From: Laetmonice hystrix
Lineage: Eukaryota
DNA: 60,000 bases
Assembly: GCA_965235115.1 (NCBI GenBank)
Contig: OZ249436.1
Location: forward strand, 14,882,001 to 14,942,000
Reading direction: 5' to 3'
The notes below the pieces were generated by a model. It saw nothing but the letters and a program-made list of their open reading frames with translations, did no database searches and was not told where the DNA came from. The number at the start of each line of letters is the position of its first letter. Position 1 is the stretch's first letter. Both the position numbers and the translations under genes were made by a program. Positions 24,826 to 38,084 of this stretch are shown piece after piece.

Positions 24826-27542
24826 ATCTAGCTATGTATTGAACATTGGCTGGCTGGGGAAGGGAAGGGGTAAACGGCTAGCTGTCGTCAGTAATTTGGG
24901 GATTTTTGAAAGTTTCACGGTCTAACGATTTTCAAGACCCATTCGATGATTTTCAAGGCCCTGAATTTATTTTATTTACAAATTAAAGGGTTTTCAAGGA
25001 TTTCAAATGCTTCGCGGAGACCCTGCTAGTAATACCAAGAAAATACAGAACACGCATTCAACATATTCCTAATTATAACGCGAGTAAGATTATGGGGAAG
25101 ATAAAATAATTAAAACATGAACAGTGGTCTTTTGTGAACTGAGGGGGTGGGGGGGGGGGGGGGGGGCTCCACAAGAAAGATTGGCGACAAGCAAGCAATA
25201 CTGCTATTCCAAATACCTGGGCAGGCCATTTTAGACTTTCGAGAGGTGGAAGAGCCTACAGATTATTATTTTACACGAGGCATTTCATTTCAAACAGCAT
25301 TTTCATTTGGACGTTATCATTTAAGCTCCCCTGAAAACTAAATATTTGGAGGGGGGGGGGTGAATTCCCCTGGACCCTCCTACCAAAACACCACTGAACA
25401 TGAGCCGGGAATACACTTATCACGAGTGGACTCTGCAGAGTGCTACCATCGGCTGGCCTCGACTGCAACTTGACTACGGCGACATCTGGCGAATCATGGA
25501 TTGCTTTTTCAGCATCGTGGACAATTATTACTAATTTAAACCAGTAGTGTGCCGATTAACACCTTGGCGGCATCTAGGAAGTACAAAGTTGCCATGTTTT
25601 CTTATTGGTATAAATTGTTAGTTTAAATATATCGATGTTTACCACAGTGCCAGGGTGTATTGGGGTCACAGTACTGGTTTAACATTCAACTAGCCGTATA
25701 TTAATTATCTACGAATGTGGACACGGGGGGAAAAAGGTCTTAAATGGTCAAAATGTTGATGACGGTATGGACAAGACGGTGACTTATGCCTGGTGGGCGG
25801 GCGTGCGGAGCACTGATCACACAATAACACTTCTTCTGTTGACACACTTTTAATAGAAAAATATCGCCACACTGCAAGCGCATCCACTACAAAAAAACAT
25901 GTCACATATTCTATATAAGAAAACCATTTTTTAAACTTTTCAATTCTTATTCGTGTAAACTTGCATGCTTAATCAACTGGCACCACCTATATTCAGGCCA
26001 TGCTTGCCAACATAACTGCACTGCAGGATCTTCCCTTCTGTGGGGCAAAATAATTTGTCTCTTAAAATATATCTTGAAATCAAGTCATCCACATCTTTAG
26101 GCTGCAACTAACTCGTACAACGCAATGGATCTAAAACGCTCGATAACGAACTTAACATGATCTTTCACCTATATCAATCACTTTTTACTAATTTCCATTA
26201 ATCCTCTTATAACTGATTTCTATAATTTCAATTGCACACAACATTCATAACCGCTACTAACTGTCACGAACACTTTTTTTTGTAAACCTCAGCGACATAT
26301 GAAAACCACCAAAATTAAATTCAGCACATGCAAGAATAGCATTAAGTATGCATATATATTTCTCTGGATATATAGATACCCACAAAACCTTTACATATTC
26401 AGATAAACATAAATAGGTCAAACATTGACCAATTGTATATAAACTAATTTACTTATATTATGTTTCACCGAACAAACTATTTGTGTCATGTCATGTTATT
26501 AATAAACATATTTCTCGAACTGGTCAGACTCCCCCCCCCCCCCCCACAATTATTTTCGACATGTACAGGGTATATAAGTTATGTTAGTTCACCCAACAGT
26601 CACCTCAAAGAAACCAAGCCACACGTTAATAGGTTATTACTATTGCCTGCTCTTGGTCATCAACTTCAACTGAAACTATAATAAAACAACCAGACAGCAG
26701 GAAATTGGTTCTTTTACTGAACCCCAAAAGTAACAAATTTACAAAATTCACCGTCTTTACTAATTAATCTAGTCACAGATGGAATAACTTCATCTTAACT
26801 ATATTAAATTTGTGTGCAAAAAAACATAAAATTATATTGAAGGCTATGGGACCGTATGGTTTCCTTCACTGTGAAATTTTCCACTGATATTCAAGCTAAC
26901 AATTCTCAAGAAACATTAATAAATCACAAATAAATGAAAATTCAACTTCGCCTTAAGTCACCTCTCTTAAAGATTCTTCAATAAATAAGCTTTCCTTCAT
27001 GCCATATTCATTAGATTTCTCTATACAAACTTTATAGGTCATCTGCTGAGAGGAACAGAACAGCATTGTGGCTGTGCAGAACAATCCCATGCAAAACACT
27101 AACTGAACGTCCGGGAGGAAAGTCACACTCCCGAAATAAATCAAAGTTCACACATGCAAGAACCTTTCTTAGATTCCAAGACATACTTAATACGGAAAGC
27201 CTCATGTTTGTTAGGCACGTCTCCCACACAATAACGCAATTATTTTATAAAATATACCAAAAAAGACTCGAACACCACCAGGCAGTGGTGTAAGCATGAT
27301 CCATTTTAATAATTTTCATGCACATTTGAAAATTGCAATTCAGAATCCCAGTACATTAAAATTACTTCTTAGTTGTCAAACTGGAAGCGGTGAGCCACTG
27401 CAGGCTACATAAACTCAATTCTGCAAAAAAAGGTATCACCATCCAATGGAGGTAATAATTATTAATGCATTTTAATAATTATATAAATGATAGAGCGTGC
27501 AGCCTATCCCTTCCAGTAGCAGAGACTCGAAGCCAAATCATT

Positions 27543-30500
27543 TCACATGTTCAGAGTGCATCCCTGGCCCTTGACTAGAGCAAGTTTGGTGCTTGTTTTG
27601 CGTGCAGATTTCATCGGTGCCTTTCCTGCGTCCTTGGACTGGGGACAGTACTTGAGGGTGTGAGCATTGTCTCCACTGGCGCTACAGATAGGGCAGGTGT
27701 ATGCACGGAGCACGGGGCACATGATACAACCAGTGGCATCCTTCAGACGATGAGACGTATACACGACCTTCGACTCCCCGTTGTTACGACAGAAGACACA
27801 GATGAGCTCATGCCGTGATGAGTGCCGGATGTTTTGTTCACGAAGGAGGACCACCAGGGACTCCTTAGTCATCATATCCTCACCACTTGTCATTACTGGT
27901 CTGTGGGGTGAATGACATTCAATATAAAGTCACCAGTGGTATCAGGGCACTTCCCCCCTGGATATTTACCCCCCGGATATCAACCTCCGGACTTCTGCCC
28001 CCTAGGGCATCTGCCCCCCAGACATTCACACCCCCCCCCGATATTAGCCACCGTAGGACTTTTGCCCCCTAGGACATCTGCCCCCCAGACCACCACCCCC
28101 ACACATTTGCCACCGTAGGACTTTTGCCCCCCTAGGACATCTGCCCCTCAGACATTCACCGCCCAGACATTAACCCCCGTAGGACTTTTGCCCCCCCCCC
28201 CCCCGACATTCACCCCCGGACATTGCATCAATGTAACTCGGATATTCCCCACACACCTGTGCCTGCGCGATTAGAGTTAGGGTTAGGGTAGGGTACTAGG
28301 GTCCTAGAGGGGCAGAAGTACTACGGGGGTTAATGTCCGGGGGGTGAATGTCTGGGGGGCAGATGTCCTAGGGGGACAGAAGTCCTACGGGAGTTAATGT
28401 CTGGGGGTGAATGGGGGGCAGATCTCATAGGGGGGCAGAAGTCCTACGGGGGTTAATGTCCATGGGGTGAATGTCTGGGGGGCAGATGTCCTAGGGGGCA
28501 CAAGTCCTATGGGGGTGAATCCAAGAATTACCCATCCCAATATTCTTGGTGAATGTCTGGGGGGTGAATGTCTGGGGGGGGGGGCAGAAGTCCTATGGGG
28601 GTGGATGTCTGGGGATGAATGTCTGGGGGGGGGGGGCAGATGTCCTAGGGGGCAAATGTCCGGGGGGGGGCAGATGTACGGGGGGCAAATGCCCTAGAAT
28701 CGTCACCAGCAGAGTTGTCAGACTGCACAGACCAGCATAAACCCTAACCAAGACTTTCAAGGATCATTCAAATGTTCGAATAATACCCATCATGCAAGGG
28801 TCTCACTATAAAAGGGATAGCTATTACATTTTGTCCGTAGTATTTTTCCTTCTGTTGTACTTTAGATATAATTAGCTATGACAGAAACACCCGTTATTGA
28901 TAACTGCAGCACACATGAAAAATAGGACCATGAAAGTGGAAGGACATCTGGGCTTGGAGGTAGCGATACGTGCATAGAGACAAATTTTATATAACTTAAG
29001 ATCATTTTTCATTAAGGAATATTTTCTCATTCAGTTACTAAATAGTAATTAATGCATAATTGCATTATAATTCAATACCAATTATCAGGTTAATACCGAT
29101 TAACCGATATCAGTATACCGGCATGTGTCCAAGGCGGACCCAAAGATTCCTTTTCGCCCTACCTGAAAGCCTGCCATTTTTCTGCATCAGGAGTAGGGGG
29201 CCAGGTGTTTGCCTCCAGGACCTCATGTGGCAAACTCATCATTGGCTGGTTTTGCATTGGAGCACTTAAACCAAAGATAAAAATTACGTAAAATTTATTA
29301 TATAATTTTCAAGTGGCAACCTAGACTGTGATCAGTGTATTGCAGTCACTCATTGCGAATTTTCATGTTTAGTGCAATTCTTTTTTCCAAATTACAAAAT
29401 TTTGTACATCTAGAGGAAGGTGCCTGACACAAGAAAATACTGATGTCTGCTATTTGGGTTCATCCAGCTTGCATAATCAAGTAGTACAACCACTTGTGTA
29501 AGGGATAAGATACATCTTACTGGCCCAAGATGAATGCCTCTATATGGATTTGGGGTTGTCTGGTAAGGTGTCCAAGATGTCTTATTATCCACATTTAGTA
29601 CAGTAACTCCTTTTGACTTTTAAGCCAATAAAAGATATAATTCAGTGACACACTATAAAACAACAGACGCCCGGTTGTCTATAGCTTCACACAATGAATA
29701 ATACAGCAAAAATTGTCCATATAAGTTGATTTGATGGCAGCTGGTGGCACTTGGAGAACATGGCTGTTGGTCTCTTGCCACACGCACTTCATGACCTAAA
29801 ATGTCCAATTGCAATTCGAGTCTGTCTCTAAAGTATTCATTTTGTGTATATCCAACGAGACCAGACAGAACTGTTTGGTATAACACATCATATATTCACT
29901 GATTACATGATGTCAGTCGTCAAGTATTACCTACAAGAGTGAATGGCTCCTACTTATTGGTCATAAAAAGAATAAGATTGTGCGGGGAGAAAATAATAAA
30001 CATCAAAGTGAATCGGATCAAACACTCCTGCATCTAGTTTTGCTCACCTCAGTTTGAGAGCTTGCCATCGGGAGAGTCGACCAGAGCTGCCAACATCTGG
30101 CCATTCTGGCTCGGCAGGCACACTACGTTCATTGTCCCTGGGAGAAAAACCTGGTGGAATGCTGCTTGGTGCACTACTGGTGCTGTGCCGTCTGTGGGCC
30201 AATCCTTGGGTGAAGTTCTCTCCATCTACTGGTAGCGGATTGAGACTAGAGAAATAATACCCAAAGAAAAAAATAATTAAAGGTCATAGAAAAGTTCAAA
30301 CTATCAATATAAGGGTGTTCAGCATGAACAAGCTTGTTCCTACCTACAATCCTGTGATGGTCTGATCTTTAATAAAGGAATAATCAACTGAACTGTAGCT
30401 AGACATTCTCCCGCTGGCTTCGTCTGCTTGTCTGCCCTACTTGTCCACGAATTGTTATGTGGCTGCCAGGCGGAACGAACCACGCAGATTCCCGGCCAGA

Positions 30501-32928
30501 GGGCCGCTATTCACGTCCCACTGCAATCCCACTTTTACCAGAAACATGCCCATGATGTCACAGCTAAACCAATTCAAAGCAAGATGGCGACAGATTTAAC
30601 GACGATTTCAGAGAGGGTTGCAAACGATAGCTGCACACAAACTCTGTATTTGTTAAGAGAGAGAAAGGTGTCTGCTGTCACCGGTAAGAGTACAGGGGGG
30701 TGTTCCTCATCATGTCGTTAGCTTGTCGTATCGTTAACTCCAATGTATTTTCAATGGGGATTTTAACGCACGACGGGATAACGATAGATGAGGAACGCAC
30801 CCCTGAGTCAGTAGTGTAATGAGTCAGTCGTAGTGAGTGAGTGAGTGTCCGATGAAGCCAGCGAAGGATTGCCACGGGGTAACGCGTGTTGGATCTGTTG
30901 ATAACAGTCTAGCAGAAACAGGGGATATAGGGGCCGTTTCACTAAAAGCGACGGACTAGATCACCGAGATCGGAGACGGAGTTAATTTTCCACCCTTTGT
31001 TTATGTTTTAGCAGACTTGAAACACTTCCCGTAAAACTAAAACCAAGATTAGCTGGTGTTTGCGACGCCGCGTCATAGCTCTCACTGTCTCGTGGGAAAA
31101 TAGCGCATGACCCGAACGGTATTTTTAAAAGTCGCCGTAGACAGTGTTCCACTTATCGGTGCGACCTTAGACACTGCACATGGTGTTTCTGGTGTTCAAA
31201 GGTATGTTAGTGAGGAACTTTGCCTGCCTCTTTAAAAGTTTTATAAAGACGGTACCGGGTACTGGGCCCAGTTTCAGAAAGGTTAGGATGATCTTAACTT
31301 AAGCTCTGCTTAGCCTTTTAGGACCCCTGATTGGCTGGTTGAAGCTGAGCAGCAGTGGACCAGCCAATCAGGGGTCCTAAAAGGCTAAGCAGAGCTTAAG
31401 TCAAGATCATCCTAACCAAGTTTCTGAAACCGGGCCCAGGTCCTGCGATGGCCTAATAACATGTTCCTGTCCTATCAGGGAGGCCCCCATATGGCCCATA
31501 TCATGGAGGGGCCTAAGATAATAGGCTAGCGAAAAACAAGTCTTCGGAAAGGTGCCATTGAGTAAGCAAGGATCACTACCGTATTTTGATTTTGCACTGT
31601 CATGTTTTGCGTTCAGCATGAGCAAAACCCACTGGCGGATCCAGGGGAGGGGTTCAGGGGGTTCGAACCCCCCCCTAAAATTTTGCAGATACACACATTT
31701 TAACTTAACATTACAATTTAGAAGTTTTTTTTCTTTCAGTCGCAAGATAAAAACCACCTAAAAAAAATTTTTCATATGATTTCATCCTATAGCCAAAGTT
31801 GCTGTTGGATAAATTTAGGGAGGCCCTTTTGCCCTTGGTCACATTGGTCATTGAATAGCTTATTTTGTGCTCCAAAATGCATCTTTTGCCCTTGGTCACA
31901 TTGGTCATTGCATGAATAGCTTATTTTGTGCTCCAAAATGCACCTCGAATTTCAAAATTTTCCGGGGCATGCCCCGGACACCCCTAGGAAGGCTTCGCGC
32001 CTTCGGCGCTTGCAGACTTCGCGCCTTCAACGCTCGGACACTCACGGCTGTGTTACCCCTAAACACGTTGAACCCCCCCTAACGGAAAAAGCTGGATCCG
32101 CCCCTGAAACCAGTGCAAAATCTTGCGCTCTCTAGGCCCGCTACTAGTGCGACAGTCGAAGGAAAATGATATAATATTCTACACGTTGTATGATTCTAAC
32201 TTAGATCTATAGTATAATAGTATAGGCTATGGATGCGGTGGTGAAAGTTTGGAAATTTCCCAACTTGTTGCCAAACTCAATGTTATCCATGCAAGACTAT
32301 CAATTCAGCTTCGGTCTCAACAGTCTTTTTTCGCTCTTTGGTCTCACTATATGATCTATAGCAGCAGTTCAGTAGGCCTATAGAGAATCTACTAGGCCTA
32401 TGTAACTGTCTTTAGTGTCTATTACGTATTTACGATCCTAGTTTTACGCTAACCGCTAATTAACGACGTAGGGCCTGTGTTAGATGGAGTGATACTGATA
32501 CTAGTGATAGCTTACCTCGTTCTTGCAAGCTGTTTGAGATGTGCAATGGCGTCTCGTAGTCCTACAACTCGAATGATCTCAGACAGCTCCTCCAAGTTTT
32601 GCTGTGGTGAAACCTCGGGATTGGAAGCTAGACTCGCAAGAGACTGGTCACTGGAAGTAAAGCTGCCATCACTCCCGTCCGAACAAAGTCGATCTCGTTG
32701 TGAAAGCAAGGGCCTCGGGCTGGGGCTTGGGGCTGCCGCATGTGGAAGGTTCGACGCCGCCGCCGCCGCCGTGGCCGCAGGCTCGCGGATAAACAGCCTT
32801 TCGATTTCGTCTGCCAAATAGTTTGTTGGATAGGAAGCTTGTGTCAAAAGATCCATATAACTGCTTGTCTGGTCCTCTTGCGAAAGTAGTGGAGCCCTTG
32901 GCTGACTATCGCAGTCACTGAACATCAT
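27543..32928 (-). CDS. nanos: Nanos CCHC zinc-finger RNA-binding protein (322 aa)
   Basis: Exons 32928-32516, 30245-30048, 27900-27543 (GT-AG, phase 2/2, 969 nt, open); last exon has [53 protein letters not shown]. Zinc-finger exon is certain; upstream exons inferred from splice phase. Confidence 0.9.
27945..28697. mobile_element. Foldback-type repeat with long C-rich/G-rich modular inverted arms in nanos intron 2
   Basis: Left arm modules CCTAGGACATCTGCCCCCCAGACATTCACC and CGTAGGACTTTTGCCCC mirrored in right arm; centre has TTAGGGTTAGGG. Confidence 0.85.
31262..31439. mobile_element. Palindromic hairpin MITE with GGGCCC ends
   Basis: About 78-bp near-perfect arms (AGGATGATCTT.ACTTAAGCTCTGCTTAGCCTTTTAGGACCCCTGATTGGCTGGT and its reverse complement) around a short loop. 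Confidence 0.9.
31630..32106. mobile_element. Non-autonomous DNA element with GGCGGATCCAG inverted ends and 5-bp AAACC flanking duplication
   Basis: aaacc|CActGGCGGATCCAG ... CTGGATCCGCCccTG|aaacc; internal about 60-bp direct duplication at 31826-31943. Confidence 0.75.
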
Positions 32929-34021
32929 TTTTCACGATTCAACGTACGCCAGCCAGCTGAACGATCTTCTACCAACGACCCAAGGAAAAGCAAGTGTGGC
33001 GGTAAAGTGTCGGGGCTCTGCTTGAAGTGGCACCACGTGACTGGATGACCTACTAATAGACCGAGCCCTGCCGTGCGTTTAAATCCCCATTGAAAATACA
33101 TGTCGGAAGGGATGGGGACAAGTCCCTCTAAGTGTAGGATTTGATGGGGATGACCTCTTGAAGGATCTAACACTGATTAAACTTAGGCCTAAATTTTACT
33201 GTCGAACTAGCCGCCTAATAAAACGCTGTCAGAGCAATCCTCTAGCCTAATTAGACCTAGGCCTAGCCTATTTTTTTTTTTTATAGAGTCACGAGCAGGA
33301 CTCACCGACAGTCGACACTGCCCTTTTTCCTGTAGCCTAGGCCTAGGCAGGCCTACCTAGGCCGATACTACAGAGTGAGTAGGCCTAACCCCCCCCCCCC
33401 CCCCCAAAAAAAAAAACCCGTGTGCTTTAATTTTATAGTTGATCCACTCAGATACGACCATTTATAGAATAGACCTAGAGGATCTATAGTCAGAGTCTAT
33501 GGACCATTTCAAGCAGTGCACGCACTTTGAGTTTGAGAATCAAAAACTGGTTCTGTTCAATCCGACCGATATCATTTGAACTTATTTAGGCCCAACAAGG
33601 AACGGGCCTGATACCCGGCGAATGACTCATAACAGAGAACTGTACAGTTCTATGCTCATAGATCTAATAACGGAGACTTTTGAGTGGCAACTTGGGATTC
33701 TTTTGCCTCGCGAATTACGGCGGGTCGCCGAAAGTCGACCTGTTTACCACCCGACCGTGATATCTCAATTCCCATCGGTACTATTATATGGGCCTAGGCC
33801 TATAGGCCTAATTCATGGCAACTTAAAACCTACGAAACTTTTTCGGAAGTAGGGGCCTAAAGATCTATCACTAGGCCTATCCGGCCCTAGCCCTGACCTT
33901 ATCCCTAACCCTATAGACCTCACAAAAACATTCTTAGACTCCTCTATCCCTATCTCTATCCTTGGCTGACCGTAGGCCTACCCAAAAATTTCGTGGTGAA
34001 GTTAGGCCTACCATGAATTAA

Positions 34022-34631
34022 AGGGACTCGACACCAATAAGCCAAAAATGTCTGACCCAGAGATTTTCAGGCTACTTTCACATAAAATAATTCTACATAT
34101 TTCGAGTATTTTGGTGCAAAGAAAATGGCGGGTCACCATATCGGATCCTGAGTTATGAGCATTTGAAGATAGGCCTTCAACTCGCACTACTACGGTCTAC
34201 AGTAGAGAGAGATACGTGAAATTTTTGGTTCGAATTAGAAGAGAGAAGATTTTTTTCAGACATTTCTAACCCAGAGATTCTGAAAATACTTCTCAGAATT
34301 GTTGCATGACTTGTTTTGAACACTTTAGATTAAAAAAAATCATATGTCACCATGGAAATTCATGAGATATCGACATTTTCACTACCAAGGGCAAGGGTCT
34401 TATCGGTCCCATAGACTCCAATGTTAAAACACATAGTCAAGTACATTTTTCTGGCATCGTGAAGCCTTTTGTCAAACTGTTTCTGGGATGCGAAGCGGCC
34501 AGACTTGACTCTGCCTCTGCATTGCCGTGTTGTTGACAGCATGAGTGACGTAAAAAACGCGTTGCAACGTGTAAAAATAGAGTTCGTCAATTGCCACGAG
34601 GTGGCACCACTGGGAAAAGTGACGCGTCTCT
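34022..34631. mobile_element. Probable Kolobok-like MITE with degenerate short inverted ends
   Basis: ttaa|AGGGACTCGACAC ... GTGACGCGTCTCT|ttaa. Confidence 0.5.
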
Positions 34632-35889
34632 TTAATTACCTTCCTATCTTTGTCACCTTCCTAGCATTGTCCGACGCTCTCGCCCATGCACGCGGAAAGG
34701 GGGGGGGGGGGGGTCCCCAACATGTCAGTGCTTTTAATGTCAGACATTCGTTTTTGTCTTTCATATATTTGCTGCAAAGGTTGAACAGGCAACATGCCAC
34801 GCACAGGGCACAACTTCAGCTAAAAAACGCAGGAAACGTGAACCTCATAAATCTCAGCGTAGAATTTTATCTGTGATGCATTGGAGCGCTGCATTGGCGT
34901 ATTAACGGGAGTTGTTCGAGTTCTCACCCAATGCATGATAGGCCTAATGTCAATGTCAATGCCGGGCCTGCTGAAATCTTCTATAGGCCTACTAGTACTA
35001 GCAGGTGAGAATTTGGACGTTTGGTCTGTACATGGGTAGGCTAGCTAATTTCCGATTGGAACATGGCATCAGGGTGAACAATTTAGTCAGTAGGATAGGC
35101 CTACTCATTCGCATATAAAGGGAAATGTGAGTGTTCAAAGCGCCACCTAGTGAGTCGCGTTGGTACCGCGGGGGAAATGTGAGTATTCAAAGCGCCGCGT
35201 AGTGAGCTTTAACAGAAAAATGTTTGGCTTATTTATGCAGTCAACTACATGTAGCTTGATGTGGAAATCAGTAGTATTTTTTAAACCATGAACCAAACTT
35301 TGTGCCAGAACCTGTCTACTCCATTGAACGCTATAGTACCCGTGTTTTACCAAGGCACTGACTGTTTGGCAGGCTGTAACTTTTTTTTTGATTCGGTGAC
35401 CCCCAATTTATTTTGTTTTAAACTATTAGTCCTGATCCACTTTATCTTGTCACCGAGTTTCAGGAGAAAATTTGGTGGTCATTTTTTAACTATTAGTCAA
35501 AATGTCTGAAAAATCTGTATAAAAAAATCTAATTCGGTGACATATGATTTTTTTTTGTTTCTTTGTACTGCTAAGGACAAAGGCTATTCCCCATAACTAT
35601 TTTAAAAATTCTAGTGGTCGATTCGAACACTCACATTGTCGGTTACAGCATAGAACTGTCCCAGTACATCTTTGTACAGTTCTATGGTTACAGCTATGAA
35701 AAGTATCGGCTGAGAACCTCAACTGGCAGGTGCGCGTCACGCGACACCAGGGAATTCCCCCGTCCGTACCTATAGTCCCAGTTCAAATGGCGTCTCAATG
35801 CGCAAGAACGGATTAACGGTGCACGACTGACGAATTCATGTTAATATGTCCAAATTATCGTTCTTTTCATATTCATATATTTCATTTTC

Positions 35890-36114
35890 CAGGGTCATAT
35901 CACGGCGGTGAAGATGATGATGAAAGTCAGTTTTTCTTGGTGGAGGAAACCGGAGTGCCCGGAGGAAACCACCGACCTTCGGGAAGGAACTGACTTACAA
36001 ACCTTTCACACATGCAGCCCTGGCCGGGAATCGAACCCGGACCGCAGCGGTGTGAGGCGATGGTCCTAGGTGTCATGAGCCAGCACCTTTGACCACTCGG
36101 CCACCCGAGGCCCC
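35890..36114 (-). mobile_element. tRNA-derived SINE with conserved central domain (V-SINE/Meta-SINE-like)
   Basis: Minus strand: A box TGGCCGAGTGG, B box GGTTCGATTCC, then GGTTTCCTCCGGGCACTCCGGTTTCCTCCACC. Confidence 0.85.
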
Positions 36115-36479
36115 GGGGGGGGGGGGGGGAACATAGGCCACTATGTAGCCTACGTTTTTCAGATCCGTCATCCGACATCAGAGAGGGGTTTCACAAAGCA
36201 CACGTCATTGTAGACAGTGATTTGACGTGAGTCAAGTGTCGTGGGTCGGATGAGCCAGCTTTACATAATGGAAAGCCGGCATTAAGCACAATCACATTGT
36301 AGGCCTAACACATGCCAAGAAGCACATGTCTATGACACAATGATGAGATTATGAAACTAAAAATTGTGTAAAATGTTTTACGAAAGTGATACAATATTAG
36401 ATACTTTAAGCAACAATGTTTCAGGCATAACATTTTCACAGACTTCGGTATGTCGTATGGTCTTGGTTCCTATAATAAT

Positions 36480-36691
36480 AGTCTGTTCGCTCTAAGAAGA
36501 GCTCGACCTCGGCCTCATTAAAGTCTGACCTGCCCCCCTCCTCCCGTCTACCCACAGCTGGCGTATCACAAGTCATCACCGCCTGTCATTCAAGAATATG
36601 ACCAAATTTCACGTGGTTCTGTATTACCCCAAATGAACTACTAACAGCTTTAATGAGGTCGAGGTCGAGCTCTTCTTAGAGCGAACAGACT
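36480..36691. mobile_element. Short MITE with about 44-bp inverted repeats, AG...CT termini
   Basis: at|AGTCTGTTCGCTCTAAGAAGAGCTCGACCTCGgCCTCATTAAAG ... CTTTAATGAGGtCGAGGTCGAGCTCTTCTTAGAGCGAACAGACT. Confidence 0.9.
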
Positions 36692-37392
36692 TTATAGTAA
36701 CACTCATCTTAAAGGAAAAGAGTCAATGATTTCCTATAGGCCTAGATTTTACAAATTGGCGAAAGTGCTTATACATATAGGCCTATAAATCTAGGCCTAA
36801 TTTATAGTCTGGTTCCATAGCACCGCCTACTGGCCTGATTGGATTTCGTGAATATCTTTTTAGAATATTTGAAAAACAGCAAATTTGAAATGACGCGCGT
36901 CTTTATGGATAGAGTTTTAGCCGGGCGACTTTACACCCTTTTCACAGAACGCGAGACTACAGCCGCAATCACGTGATCATCTCACCCGTTGCAACGCTGC
37001 AGGTCAGACATTCCCGATGGCGGAAAGCAGCGTTGTTTTTCAGTGTTCCCGACAACAAATTTATGTGGAATGTGAAGGTGACAGTGCATTTCGCTGCTGT
37101 CTGCTTAAAATAGGCTACATACGTAGGCTATATTAGATCTAAACCTCGGGATAGAAGGTGCTTTTTTTTTGACAAGGTAAGCGGGAAAGCAGGCCAAACT
37201 GGTTTTCCGGAACGTGCAACCAGGTTGACATGATTCCTTTAAAATCAGAACTGCGCTTCACTGCTGACTCGGGGCATTCGGCCAAAAGAACTAGCTAAGC
37301 GACCGGAAGTTGGGCCGAGGTGTTCCGAATGGACCCGGGGGTGACTTTGACGCGTCGACGTACCACTGCTTCTTGTTGGCAACTTATCATTA

Positions 37393-38084
37393 GGGGCAGA
37401 CCATTTAAGGGGGAGGGTATGGTTTTTCTTTCTGACAAATTTTTTTTTACTTCCAACAAAAAACAATTTTTTTTTTCTCCCTGATCGAAAGCAAACAATT
37501 TTTTTTCCTGACGTGGCAGAGACAAACTTTTTTTTTTCAAGGACATAATTCTGCAGCAACCATTAGGCTATGTTATCCCGTAAATTCCTGTTCCATGGAC
37601 ATAGGCGCCGGAAGATAGATCTATTCACAGGTGGGGGGGGGGGGGGGAGACCAAATCATAGGTCCCGAGTTCCAAGTTTTGAAATGCTGGTGATAAGAGC
37701 GTCGAAGGCGCAAAGCCTCGAGCGGGGGGGGGGGGGGGCGGTCTCCCCCAGAAAAATAAAAAGTGCCAAATGCACGTTTTCCTGGCATCTGGGAACAAAA
37801 TATATAGGCCCTCTGACGGTCTGACCATCTCCTGCCACCTTGGAGCTGGAGGGGGCAAAACTATATGCTCCCCCCCCGCTTTTTTTTATCAGTTTCGGGC
37901 AGATTTTTTTGTTATAAATCTGCTGCCTGTCAACAATCTATTTTTTTTCACTCACGTTGCTAAACAAACAATTTTTTTCACACCCATTTGGGAGCAAACT
38001 ATTTTTTGGGGTCAATTTGGCAAACAAACTTTTTTTTTACGAAAAAAACATACCGGCCCCCCCAGCTATTAAATGGTCTGCCCC
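37393..38084. mobile_element. PIF/Harbinger-like MITE, TTA target duplication
   Basis: tta|GGGGCAGACCATTTAA ... TTAAATGGTCTGCCCC|tta. Confidence 0.88.

Noticed and set aside
27887..28740. Pro-rich and Gly-rich ORFs; telomeric TTAGGG
   Set aside because: Derived from the foldback repeat; only two TTAGGG units
29410..29886. Minus-strand ORFs in nanos intron 2 as extra exons
   Set aside because: No recognisable similarity and not needed for frame continuity
36020..36114. tRNA gene
   Set aside because: A and B boxes are present but it runs into a SINE core and lacks a clean cloverleaf
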